Source: Macrostomum lignano
Lineage: Eukaryota
Direction: 5' to 3'
NCBI GenBank assembly: GCA_002269645.1
Contig: NIVC01004819.1
Location: 1 to 34,237, forward strand
Length of the DNA stretch: 34,237 nt
Part shown: positions 19,133-30,978 of the stretch, one piece after another
Position numbering within the stretch: position 1 is the stretch's first letter
How the letters are laid out: each line of letters begins with the position of its first letter
Notes under the pieces: model-generated
The model's database searches: none
What the model was told of the DNA's origin: nothing
What the model saw: only the letters and a program-made list of their open reading frames with translations
Made by a program: the position numbers and the translations under genes

Positions 19133-22100
19133 TTGGATTGTTTGAATTACTTTGGTAAAATACAACGGTTTTAAATATTATCATCAATTGTGTTCACCCG
19201 ACGAACCCGAGAAACAAACACAAAGACAAATCAATAATTAAATTCTTGCAAAATTATGTACGAACTTTTGAGTGCATATAACTTTTTTTGTCCCATTATG
19301 CGAGCGCAATCTAGTTTGGATGACCAAGAAAATCACATTTTAATACCCTGTTGTTGCAGTTGCTTTGTCAAATTGTGCGCCTCTGAGTTTTTTTGCGGCT
19401 TATTTACAGTTCTAAGATGACTTTTATCTATTAATCTGCCCTCAAATGAAATCCTCTTTACCATGCGTCATGTTATATATAATCAAAATTTAATATGTAT
19501 AGATGTGTATTACGTATTTATATATATAGCTAATTAAGTTTCTGGGCAGCCTCCCAGATCCCCAGTTGTTGACGTGTAAATACAATGTAATGCTTGCTGT
19601 TATCGCAGTGTCAGCTATGGCACCGTTATACTGTTGCGAAAAATATACCTTTTCAAGCTCGACTTTGGCAAAAGTGACTTCAATTTTGGCAGCCCATAGA
19701 CAAAGCATACGCCTGCCAGCAACATGTCCATGGTCAACTGTGGTAGAATCGGTTAAAGTACGAGCTATAATCGCATGAGAGTGAGCTAGTATACTGATGC
19801 TAACAACTTTTTGCAAGTGTTGTCACTTGAAATGTGTCGAGAAAATATCAAAAAAAACTTTTGTGTTTAGTTTGTAAAACTGAAGTCGAAAGTAGTACGT
19901 ATAGTGCATTGTGATTAATCCAAAAACACAAATACATACGCTCGTACCAGAAACATGATCTCCCTCGTGTTTTTATTTTGGTAATTGTTATGTGCAAATT
20001 TAACTCAGACTGGAGCTCGATATTAATTTTGATTTTCATATTTTTTAAGATTCGAGATAATATAGTGTAATTGGCCATGTGGATGAAGAAATCTAATTCC
20101 GTGCAAACGTTCTGACGTCCAACCGAATGCCAAAAGTACCCAACATCAATGGACGTCGCTGCCAAGTACAGTGTAGGTTTTTAACACTATATACACCGAG
20201 TCGACGGGTAACGATGTTATACGTCGTCTTAAGGTTGGTGTAACATAAAAAAGTCGGCTGACGATGCTGTCGTCTACTACAAGACATTTTCTCTTTAAAT
20301 TGTTGTATGGCAATTTATTTCTAATCTAATTGCCCCTTTTTCGACTGTCCGATTCCCTCGAGAATTTAATCCCTAATACGTGCCACCGACCAAACCTGAC
20401 TTTAAGCAAATTCCTTTGACTATAAGACGAGTACAGTGTATGTCAAGGCCTGGTCAGTGCACCCTTCTTCAGCCTGTGTACTGTACATGTATATATGACC
20501 CATTGTCAATGTGCAACCCGTCACATCAACTCAGATGTCTCATCAATGTAGACATTATTTCAGCACACCACCTTTGGTTTTGCCATTAAAGCAATTCTAA
20601 TCTATCAAACATGGGAATTAAAGAGAACAAAATAACGCACGAGTCACAACAAAGCAATGAAGCAGAGAGGGACACACAGTTGCAGGAGAGTGCTGTTGAG
20701 TGACGGGAAGGAATCTGAACATTAAAATTTGAAAGCGTTCGAAGAAAAAAGCCTCTTGTACCGGTTCTAATTAAGCGCCCTAAAAGAGGGAAAGAGTTGC
20801 TCTACTTATTTTCAAGAACATTATGAGCCATACTAGAGTTAATACGAAAAAGCGCTGCGAATCAAACTAACCCGAGGTCGGATGCACGATCCTCTTTCAT
20901 CTGTGAATACGATGTTCAAAAAGCCTTCACCAAGACGCTTCATTTGCTATATCCTGAGTTGTTCCATAGGCTACGAATGTATGTCCACTGCGTTCAGGCT
21001 GTGTTTTCACTGGCAGATGTGCAAAAATGAGTAAGGGCTATGTTCATCGGGTCCTATTTCCCCATTTAAGTCCCATCCTCCCTATCTCTTTATATACATG
21101 TAGACCTTGTCCCGGTCAAATACTTCTGTGGAAACATTTAATCTGTCCGGATTTTTTCGTCCTGGACGAAGAAACGATTTATTTGATGATATTAGCAGCG
21201 ATCAGAACCATTATTTCCATCACAAAGAACTTTAACAAGACATAATTTAGGCATAGCAATGCAAACACTGATCTAATGACCATTTTGAAATTGTGGTTGA
21301 AATAGTATCATTATAGTATTTTCTGGCATAAATATGACAACGGAGTTGTCTCTCGAGTTTTATATTTCAGTTACAGTGTAAATTGATATCCGGTGGATTC
21401 AAACAGAAGAATAACGATGCAGTCCGACTTTAATCGGAAAAGCGGTTCATATATTCGTCCTCCAAATGCCTGGCGGAGGAATCTGCTGTGGTAACACCAT
21501 CTCGTTCAAGCTGATTTTTAACTTTGGATTTTTTACTTTTTAACTCTAACTTTTATCTCTTCTGATGCTAAATATATGTATCTTGTGCGCCAATTCTTCG
21601 CCTCCAAATACCCTCCTGCTGTTTAAATCGCGCCGTCTCTTTGGTCGGCAAATCGGAAAGCACGCATTTCTCCGACAGATTGGAATAATTGACCTAAATT
21701 GCTGATCATGTTTAGAACGCAAGCACCGCCTAATTTTGACAGAGTTGAAATGTTTTGCAAGACAGGTTTTGCAGTTTAGACATTCAATTGCAAAAGAGAT
21801 CCAACAATATTTTTTGCATAATGAAACAATGGGCACAGTACAAGCTCCAAGCTTTAAGCCTCAAAGTTTTTTGAAAAAATTACCATTAAGCCAAGTATAA
21901 TTGCATGTTTTATCTAATTGATCCGATATTGAATAACTATTAGAAATCAATTTAAAAGAAAGCTTCGTTGCGGTCGTTATTTTATAGAAGGATGTACATA
22001 TTAGCTATACTTATATCTTTGCGAATGGATGGGGCTGTAGCAAGTAGATCGAGGACGCATTTCAAATTGTAACCTTCCTGCAGCATCTCCATATGGCGAA

Positions 22101-22439
22101 TTTCGGTAAACCCGAGAACAATATAATTAGCCTAGTAAATTCAAAGTCACGAACTCGCATTCAAACTAAGTGAATGACGTTTAAGCATTCACGTGACTAT
22201 GATCTAATGCAAATTTCTGCTTCGAACCTGTTAGAAATGCGTGTTAACGACAGATTTTTCCAAATATACATGTAAATTTTAGTGACAGCTTGAGTCCTGA
22301 GCGCGTCAAGGTTAGTTCATGGACAATTGAAGTGGAACGCTACAGAAAGATTTTCTTAGAAAGTAGACGCCGGTAAGGAATGTATTTATTTGTCGTATCG
22401 CCAATGCATGCATTTACTACACCATTTTACCCTCGATTT

Positions 22440-22925
22440 TGAACAAGGAGAACTTCGAAATCGACAAACTCCTCTTCAATATTGACACTCCATGGTCGGG
22501 CACTCAAAATCTACAATCAATATTGACAGATCAAGCTTCATTTGACAAACTCTGGTTCCATTTTGACAATACACGTTTCGTCAACTTCTCCTGGGAGAAT
22601 TCGGTAACAAAGTGATCCAATAAAAGCCTGAACGGCGCGAAAGTTATTTGAGCAAAATCAGCTGATTCTGACCTTGCTTTTTGGATCCAACAAGTATTGA
22701 TAAAATTTATTTTTCTCTATCCTCTTATTCACACAGACTAAAATAGCCTCTGACTGGTTGGACCGCAAAGTCCGATTCCATTTTGACAGAGTTGCTTCAA
22801 AATTGACACTTATGGTTTGTGTACTCCAAAAGTCTGCTTCATTTTCGACAACTCCTAATCAATATTGAACAGTCTACAATCAGTTTTGACTAAAAGACTT
22901 TTTGATTAAGATTTTGACAATTCTA
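22440..22925. repeat. Two blocks of degenerate ~19-21-bp subrepeats with TTGACA core
   Basis: CAATATTGACA / CATTTTGACA motifs recur periodically at 22440-22575 and 22770-22925. Confidence 0.5.
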
Positions 22926-23119
22926 ACTAAAAATCGTTAAGCTTGGAAATTTCAATGCAGTATTTTGTCTATGGCAGCTTGTTTTTTGTCTATGTCTTGA
23001 GGCAGCCTGCGCCTCGAATCTAATTGGCTACTGCTTCAGTGTTTATCATGGATGGTTGGTCAGACCAACACATGCACATCTTGTCACGGAGGAATTCAAA
23101 AGAGCAGAATAGCAGTTCT

Positions 23120-23507
23120 CGCTCTGCTCGTGTTTGGGCTCGGCTGTGGCACGCGGTGGACGCTGACGGCTACTCTAGAGCGGCAGCTGGACTCAGCGCA
23201 ATCAGGGCTGCTCCGTGCGGCATTTCGAGCTGACGAGAGCGTCGGACCGAGGCCCTGTACAATTGGGCCAAGCTGCAGCGTCCGTCCATCATCCTGCGCC
23301 GGCGGCGACTTCAACTGGCGGGCCACGTGATCCGGGCCGACTAATGCCCCCCAACCTGTTCAGGACGTCCTGCTGCTCACCTTGCAGAGCCCGTTCAAGC
23401 GGGTCAGGTCCAAACCCGTCGATACTGTCTCCTACGCAACGCTAGGGCACCCAACACTGCCAACGGGGCTGCATATTTTGTTGTGTTGTTGTTGCTGTTG
23501 TTGTTTT
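23120..23507 (+). mobile_element. 3' fragment of an RTE-like LINE with (GTT)n tail
   Basis: WTLTATLERQLDSAQSGLLRAAF, then after a frameshift EALYNWAKLQRPSIILRRRRLQLAGHVIRAD*, typical of an RTE ORF2 C-terminus. TTG/GTT tail at 23478-23507. Confidence 0.8.
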
Positions 23508-23711
23508 GGATCTATGAGACTTTTTTATGGAAAAAGCTCGGTGGGAAAATTTAGTGGGACACACTCGGAATTGTTTAGTGGCGCTAATGTTAATACGAGT
23601 TCATAATATCCACTGTCAAAGCTGTCAAGTATAAAAAAGTAGAATTGCTTCAGTTTGCAGAAATGCTCTCTGCAGCTAAATGAAATCTTAACAACAAAAA
23701 CGTAACCACAT

Positions 23712-24275
23712 TTAATTAGACATTGTCAGAGATATTATTGGCAGGTATAGCTTAACAAATTCCACATTATGGCCGTTCATACCAATGTCTATTGAAGAAC
23801 TTATAAGACCTAAAAATATTCGCTTTGCCTTTAGCTCTTCTACTTTTAATATCTGCAGATTATTAAAGTAGCTACAAGGGTCAGATTGCCGTCGCGCGAG
23901 CTGCAGATATAATGGCATCATCACGTGTTGTTTTTCTGTTGATCGATCCCCTGTGAGTAGGCGAAATTCAGAGAGAAATTGATTTCGAGGGTCCTTCTTA
24001 ATTAGTAGGTTGCGTTCGTAGCTATATATCTCTGCTGTTTGCCGCGCCCCCGGAACGGAGAGCATCCGGTAAGTGAAGTCGTAAATAGGGGCGTCGTAAA
24101 AGATTTCTGTAAATCTTAGGTCACATGTTGGCTGAACGTCGGTGTAATTTAAAAGTACATATCTGTCATCGATTTCGATAAGCGTCGGATTGCTGTGCGG
24201 ATATGCATGTACTGTACATGTAACTATTAACAGGTAGCTACATGTGAAAAGGAGAATGAAGTATAGATAATACAC
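23712..24275 (-). CDS. Putative orphan protein-coding exon (187-codon open frame), function unknown
   Basis: Long stop-free frame in AT-rich, non-repetitive DNA. No in-frame ATG at the start. Candidate acceptor TTCTCCTTTTCACATGTAG near 24235 and donor TTG|GTATGA near 23783. No family recognised. Confidence 0.4.
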   Translation of the reverse strand: MYYLYFILLFTCSYLLIVTCTVHAYPHSNPTLIEIDDRYVLLNYTDVQPTCDLRFTEIFYDAPIYDFTYRMLSVPGARQTAEIYSYERNLLIKKDPRNQFLSEFRLLTGDRSTEKQHVMMPLYLQLARRQSDPCSYFNNLQILKVEELKAKRIFLGLISSSIDIGMNGHNVEFVKLYLPIISLTMSN

Positions 24276-25341
24276 TGTAGCATAATTTATTGACCATTTT
24301 TATGCAGTTGCATGTAATGATATATTCAATTAAATTCTTCTCTCAAAACGTGTACTTCAACTTGTTCTCTAGCTCTCTCCAACGCAGATACGGCCGTGAT
24401 CGATTCAATTATCTCACCGCTAAAGTACTCATAAAATTTGCATTGGATTTCGATCATACGTTTAAAAAGTTGCTGAAGATGCCAATTAAATAAGGCCGCA
24501 ATTACATGTACCATTCAGATTTCGTATTTGCATGCATACTTGTAGCAGTTTATCAAATGTGTGTCTGCTGTGATATTGGATTATAGATTATAGTAATATA
24601 CATGTATTCCATGCAATTCCTGCACCCGTTTAGACAAAAACATACTCGATTGAATCCAATTCCGTATATAGTTTCACTCACACCATCACACTTTCTGTAG
24701 CTAGTAGTTGCTGTGTGATACTCATCTCATTGCAGCACGATGCGTGCAGGTATTTACAGGTACTTACTGTGTCGCGAAAAAGTCTTTGGGTTGAAAGTGC
24801 TTGCGAGTGTTAGTAGACACGACTAAAAGGAGGAAGAGCACTTAAATCGCCAGAAGGTCAGGCTGTGCCATGTGCACAAAAATGCAGTTGTCATATGAAA
24901 AAGCAGATTTTCCGTTCACCTAATGCGCTCAAAGAGGTGAGCATCCCGGAGCTTGTGGTGCTGAAGGGAGGCTGGGTCGGGTTGCAAAGCTCAACAATTA
25001 TCATAAAATTCAGCAAGTTCGGTATCGTTTGTTCTGTTTTATTTAATTCCGTCTTCTACAGTACTTAGTGCTCTCTGGTGGGGCGATGATAATGTGCAGC
25101 TTGGCGAAAAATTGTAATAACCTAGCACTTCAACACACATGCCGTCTGAAGCAGCGATGCATGTGCAAGTTGCAATGCATGTATTTATTGGTATCATCGC
25201 CTCAGTTACAGTATATCGCTATGACAACAGCGGAATAATATGCGCGGGGGTGAACTGAAACACAGCTAATAGACAGCGGCATTTCCGCGATTGTCCCCCA
25301 CAAGGCCCCCAATCGTCGATCCGGCCCCAGCTATGCTAGGT

Positions 25342-28255
25342 CCCAGTGAAAAATGATTCATGGATTCCACGTGGGTTCCACGTGGCCATGTGGAATTTAA
25401 ATGTTTCTTTAATTTTTGCAAATTAATGACTTGAAGATGACATAATGGTATGCAAAGTATTTTTATGCACTATTTTTTAATTTTTACTGTCCTAATGTTG
25501 ATGTGGATTTTAAAAGGAATTCATGAGAAATAAGCGTATATTGATTCAACATGGAATCCACTTCGATAAAAAAACTGTGATACACCACATTAAGACGTTT
25601 TTATGAAATTACTATAATTAATTATTATATTTATATGCTTTTAAGTAAAAATTAATATCTTAAAGCTAAATTATAATCAGAAAATAAGATACTGTTTGTT
25701 AAAATAGACAAAATAGAAGTGAACGATAAAAAACGTTTCGTGCTTTTTAAAATTAAATTTATTTTATTTTATATTCGTCAATGTCTTGGTTCAAGGCCTT
25801 GAAAGATAAATTGCCTTGTTTATGGCTATTTAAGCACCTTAAAAATTTTAGTAGACGTAGCCTATAGGCAATAACTTATAAGGCCATGGCCTCCATGGGA
25901 TTAGAAATTAGATAAATCAGTATTTCATCATAGATAGGCCTAATACTTTTGGTAAAATCCATCCATGATAAATTTATTTAGGCTTATCCAATTTCTAGGA
26001 ATCCCATGGCCATGTCCATAGATTGGCTACTCATTTTTTAAACTTAAATAGTCCTTTAGAAGTTCATAATTTCCTCTTAGTCCTACCTATTAGTCTTATC
26101 TATTTATGTATGCTTATTAGGCCTATTTTAAGCTAGGCCTAGGCCTATAACTATCAATTTAGGTCCTTCTATTTTAATTAAGGTTAAGACTAGCTTGACT
26201 TTGTGAATTGTGACTAGTCAATCTAGTTAATCTGTTAAAAATCTATTCATTTATGATTTTCTTCAAAAAAGCCTGTTAGCGTCTTTTAGACTTGTTGCAT
26301 TTTTAAAAACAATATTATTAATCATTATAAATAATTCTTTGCAATTACACTTGCAACCTGTTTTTGGCATAGCTAGCCTAGCAGATCCCTAAGGTTGCTA
26401 TTATAAATAAATAATAATTATTGTAAATTTGATCTGATTTAAGCCAAGTCTAGAATTTAATAGCTATAGGGCATAGCTTTTAAGATTAGGCCTAATGTTT
26501 AATCATACTATTTTTTTTATTAGAGGCAGGGGGTTGTGTGCACCCTGGCACACGTTAAGCGACATAGGCATACAACTGGCGAGAGGCATTGCTGCCCATT
26601 CCATTAACTCCCTTGAGCAGGCACACAAGCGTGCGGATACGTATGCAGGCACATTTATATAGGAGTGTACAGTGGCCCTAACTTTATTTATTGTTAGGCA
26701 TGTATACTTCACTCTGCCTTGGGGGTTGGCTCTCAAGGCCATTAATTGCACAAGCAGAGAGCCAAGCCAAGATTCCAATTCAGCCCCAGATTAATGTGAC
26801 TGCACTTAGAATCGAGCCTAGGTCGCTGGCACACCAGAGCAGCTATGCTACTGCTTGGCTACAGCCCCCCTTTTAATCATAATAGGCCCACAAATATAAA
26901 AAAAACATGCATTGCTTTGCCTAAATACTTTATAGTCTAAAATCAATTTTAAAATAAAAAATTAAATTTATAGAAACATATATTAATTTTTTGTACTTAT
27001 TATTTTAATTTTATTAATTTAATTTTATTGATTGACTTGGGTAGGGTTTTCTTTTTTGCTAGAGACAAGGTGCAAAATCATACCCTATGCTCACTTTTAG
27101 GGTTTTATGATTTTAAGGCTTAAAATGCAGTTTCTCTTTTTTCTTATATAAAGGCAGTGCAAAAAAGGCTTCAACAGAAAAATAGGTAATGAGATCACAC
27201 CTAAACTGTATCATCAACTTTTTAATTTCGATTTTCAAGGTGCAAGTTTTAAATTTAGGGTGCATATGCACACTTTGCGCTTAAAAAATAAACCTAGGAC
27301 TTAGGCCTAGTTAATTTTAAAATAAACTTTATTTTATTTTATAAGTATTCATCATTAAATTAGTTTTATGAATTATATCAATATTATTTATCAATCTTAA
27401 TTGGCAACAATTATTTTTCTATTTCTTGCATGCCTAACATTACATGACCCATCCTCAAACTTGGATGTCACCTTGGTCTTGCATTTGAAGAAGCTTGCAA
27501 AGCTACTTGGAATTTGAATTTAATATCTCAAATGCTACCTTTTGTGAAGCAATGGTAAGTTTTAGTTATAAACTGATTTTTTTCTGTCATCAAAATCTAT
27601 CAAAATCTATTACAAAATCTGTCAATCTGTTATAAAATTCTGTAATTTAACCCCTTTCTTTTCTAAGGTTGCTCACCTGACCTGAAGAAGCAGCATTCTG
27701 GCAATTGGCAGCAGCATGTTTCTGACTGTTCTAATTCTGATGCATTATATTATTGTTAATTAATTAATGCTATTGACAATGTCAATTTCAAATTATATAT
27801 TATATCATATGCGCAGTGCAACTCTAAAGATATCAATATTTACATCAGTGTGTTTATTCTTTGTGTGCCAGTGACTCACTACTGTACATAAATACACCTT
27901 ACATCGTTTTTGAATATTGAATATTGAATTTTTGTGCAGAAATATTTTTTGCTATAGCTAGTGTTTCATCTGTGTTTCAGTTTCTTTTATATGGTATTGA
28001 GATCTGGGGTTCGTATGAAATTTTGAGATCTGGTATTATTTTGAGATTTAGGATGCAACAATTTATTATGGCAACCAGTATAATGGCTGCTTACTCAATG
28101 ACAATGTGGATTCTATGTGAAATACATAATTACTTCCATATGGATCTTCCATGTGGAATCCATATCTTGATTCCACATGGATGGACGGAGACAAATGCAC
28201 ATATGGATTTCATATGAAAAATCCACATGGAATCCATATCATTTTTTTCACTGGG
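25342..28255. mobile_element. Non-autonomous TIR DNA transposon, CMC/EnSpm-like (2914 bp, 2-bp TSD GT)
   Basis: Left end CCCAGTGAAAAATGATTCATGGATTCCACGTGG; right end reverse complement CCCAGTGAAAAAAATGATATGGATTCCATGTGG. GT at 25340-41 and 28256-57. Subterminal CCAC(G/A)TGG repeats at both ends. Confidence 0.75.
26511..26871 (-). mobile_element. tRNA-derived SINE family 1, copy B (full length, A-tail, 13-bp TSD)
   Basis: Reverse complement of 2667-2980 plus ~60 nt ending CTCTAATAAAAAAAA. TSD TTTAATCATA(C/A)TA at 26498-26510 and 26872-26884. Confidence 0.88.
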
Positions 28256-29414
28256 GTGGCCGGGTGCTCTCGCCAAGAGTTTCGCCGGTGCTCCCGGCCC
28301 CCAGTTATTTTTCCACCCCGGCACTATAATACATGTAGACTAGATCACGTACCACACGTCATGGAAGTAACGCGTATACATGTACAGTACATGTATGTAC
28401 GTATTATAAAGGACGACGTCCTTGTGTACGTACCACATGTAACTTCTAGTGGCCTTTGAGGTCTAGGTCCATGACCTGCATGTGCACATGGTAGTATGTT
28501 ATACACGTACATAGTAAATGATTAGTTGGCAGTAATTAAAAAATGGCTACGTAAATGTAAATAATATGTGGTACTCGTATACGTAATCTACTACGCGCGG
28601 TACATGCAGTATACTACAATTTTACATTGGGTCTGTACCGGTAAAATTCACTTGTTTCAAAATAGTCACCACGTCCCAAGTTGTATTTTACAGATGTATC
28701 ATATCATTTGATATATGCGCATTCATAAGTATTTAATTGCAGCTATTATATTTGTCGTATTCGATCAACACAAATTATAATTATAATGATATGATGAAAG
28801 TTGCAAATAACTATCCAAATAAATATTATCATCACAATAACATAGAGCTTTTTATAGCGATGTTAGGCAACCTCACAAAGCTTCTGTTTCGAATTAGATT
28901 CTTACGCTGAAACAAGCTTTTACAGAAGTAACTCAGGCTTTCATCTGCAACTTCGTCACAATGTTGATATCATTTTTTATGATGTCCCTCTTTAAAATGA
29001 TAAAATCGTTGCTTTTTTAGTACTTAAAATAGATAGCTTTATAAAGTTTTACCTCATATTTTGATTGTTTTGTTATATCAAGGTAATATCGTTCCTTTAT
29101 TAAAATTTACGTTTTCTCTGAATTCATGACAATTCGCTTGCATCACTGCTTTACAGCCTATACTTCTGGAAGTTGCGCGTTCTGCTGGCACCGCCAACAA
29201 CACGCTGCCTTCCGACGTCGATAAAACATAGAACCTAACTTATTGTCTTTAATAACCACCTGATTCGACTAAGATTAGAGATACGCTTAGCTAGGCGAAA
29301 CGTGTTAGCTGTTAGGCCTAGTCTAAACTTTATTTTAAAGCTTCTACGTGTAGGCCTTCTAAAAAAACGTAACTTTTAGAACATAGGAGTAGGCCTTCTT
29401 TCACTTAGGTCTCA

Positions 29415-29528
29415 ATGGCGGCAATAAAGCTTTACAAAGAGATTGTACGCACTCTCATTTCTAAAAAGAGTGCGTCTGTAATAAATCAGCAATTAACGCA
29501 ATCTGCTAACCCTATTTCGCCAATTTCG
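29415..29528 (+). CDS. FMC1: FMC1 homolog, exon 1 (MAAIKLYKEIVRTLISKK...PIS)
   Basis: ATG at 29415, 38 codons, donor GTATGT at 29529, phase 0 matching exon 2. LYR-like N-terminus. Less conserved than exons 2-3. Confidence 0.65.
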
Positions 29529-29848
29529 GTATGTTACAGGATTTTTAATCTTATATTGACATGTGTAAGACTATGAAAATAAGTTATAGGCCCTAAGGTT
29601 TACATTTGTGTAATTTTTGTAATCAAACATAAATTGAATTTCAAGTTTAGCCTTAGTTAAAAGATTTTTGAGATTTTTAAAGATTTTTAAAACTAAAAAA
29701 ATTTTAGACGATCTTTCAAATACCTTACTTATACAAATATCGTAACCTGTATTCATCAATCATGTGAAAATAATCGACCTTTTGAGAAAATATTAAATAC
29801 ATAGAATCATATTGCATTGGAAAAAGCAGGCTCCTTGCCTGAGCCAAA

Positions 29849-29916
29849 TTACTACTACTACTAGGCCCCCTACTACTACTACTAGGCCTACTACTACTAC
29901 TACTACTACTACTACT
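29849..29916. repeat. (ACT)n microsatellite, interrupted
   Basis: Directly visible. Confidence 0.92.
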
Positions 29917-29978
29917 TGAGTTGAGAGTACAAGTACAAGACAAGAAACAACACTTTATTAAAATTTAGAATTTTTGGC

Positions 29979-30635
29979 TAGTGTTCCACTGTAAGGGGGT
30001 CCATATACTGTACTGTAGCCATAGCTTATAGCTATAAGCAAAACTATGGCTTACTCTAATTCTCTGTATTCTGGAGCCGTAGGGACCTGAAATTACCATA
30101 TTCCCATAGTTCCCATAGCTGTAGCCGTAGTTTTAACAAAAAGTCGAAAAAACAAAATATTTTGAATCAAGAAGATAACCTAAGCCTAGTGCTTAAACAA
30201 CTGCAAATTAAATTAAAAAATAAAAGAAACACTTAAATGTCTTAGTAAGATTATATTTCGTCTTTTTCCAGAGCAACAATACTTAATCGTTATTGAAAGT
30301 ACTAATGTTAAACTTTTTCACATTAATAAAAATTAGAGTTTTAGTGTTTTATTGTACTTTTTTAGGTACATTTTATAAGTTTCTAGGTTGATAATACAAT
30401 TTACTAAAAGTATCTTTGTTTTACTCTACCTGTTTCTAATATTTTTTCTATTTTTAACATTAATTACTATGGCTACAGGAATCTATAGAATGTGGCAGCA
30501 ACTACCATATTTTCATAGTCGTAGCCATAAGAGCAGCTAGCTACCATAGGTGTATCCGTAGCTGCCATAAGCACCTATTTTATCGTATTTGCCATAGGAT
30601 CCTGTAGCCGTAGCTACGGCTACGGCGGAACACTA
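29979..30635. mobile_element. hAT-type MITE (657 bp) in FMC1 intron 1
   Basis: 15-bp TIRs TAGTGTTCCACTGTA / TAGTGTTCCGCCGTA (13/15). Perfect 8-bp TSD TTTTTGGC at 29971-29978 and 30636-30643. Subterminal CCGTAG/CCATAG repeats. Confidence 0.88.
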
Positions 30636-30711
30636 TTTTTGGCCCAGTGCTAGGCCTAGGCCTAATCACTAGACTCTGGAAAGTTACATATATACTGGAA
30701 AATTTGGGTTG

Positions 30712-30978
30712 CTTTCATAAGCTCAAAATTTCACAATCTCAAAATCAGTTACTTTCATAAGCTTGGAATTTCACAACCTCAAAAACCATTCTAGCAGCCA
30801 CTTTCACAAACTCGAAACTTCATAAGCTCAAAGTTTCATATCCTTGAAAAATTTAGCAGGTGACTTCACAAGCTCAAAATTTCACAACCTCAAAAACCAT
30901 TTTGGCAGCCAACTTTACAAGCTCAAAATTTTATATCCTTGAAAATTTAGCAGGCAATTTCACAAGCTCAAAATTACA
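30712..30978. repeat. Degenerate ~17-bp repeat (TTTCACAAGCTCAAAAT) with ~110-bp higher-order duplication
   Basis: TTTCACAACCTCAAAAACCAT..GCAGCCA..ATATCCTTGAAAA.TTTAGCAGG occurs twice. Confidence 0.7.

Noticed and set aside
19490-21850. Several 60-110-aa ORFs and exon-like segments downstream of the GPCR
   Set aside because: No recognisable motifs, and candidate splice sites gave implausibly short introns or in-frame stops. An undetected gene cannot be excluded.
25066-28326. Outer hAT element bounded by TAGTGC...GCACTA
   Set aside because: Only 6 bp of terminal match, and the flanks (ACAGTACT vs TAATACAT) are not a duplication.
28860-29230. Small gene next to the FMC1 promoter (either strand)
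   Set aside because: Plus-strand candidates upstream of a terminal-exon-like segment hit stops in the frames tested. A minus-strand three-exon model gave only an unrecognisable 54-aa peptide. Unresolved.
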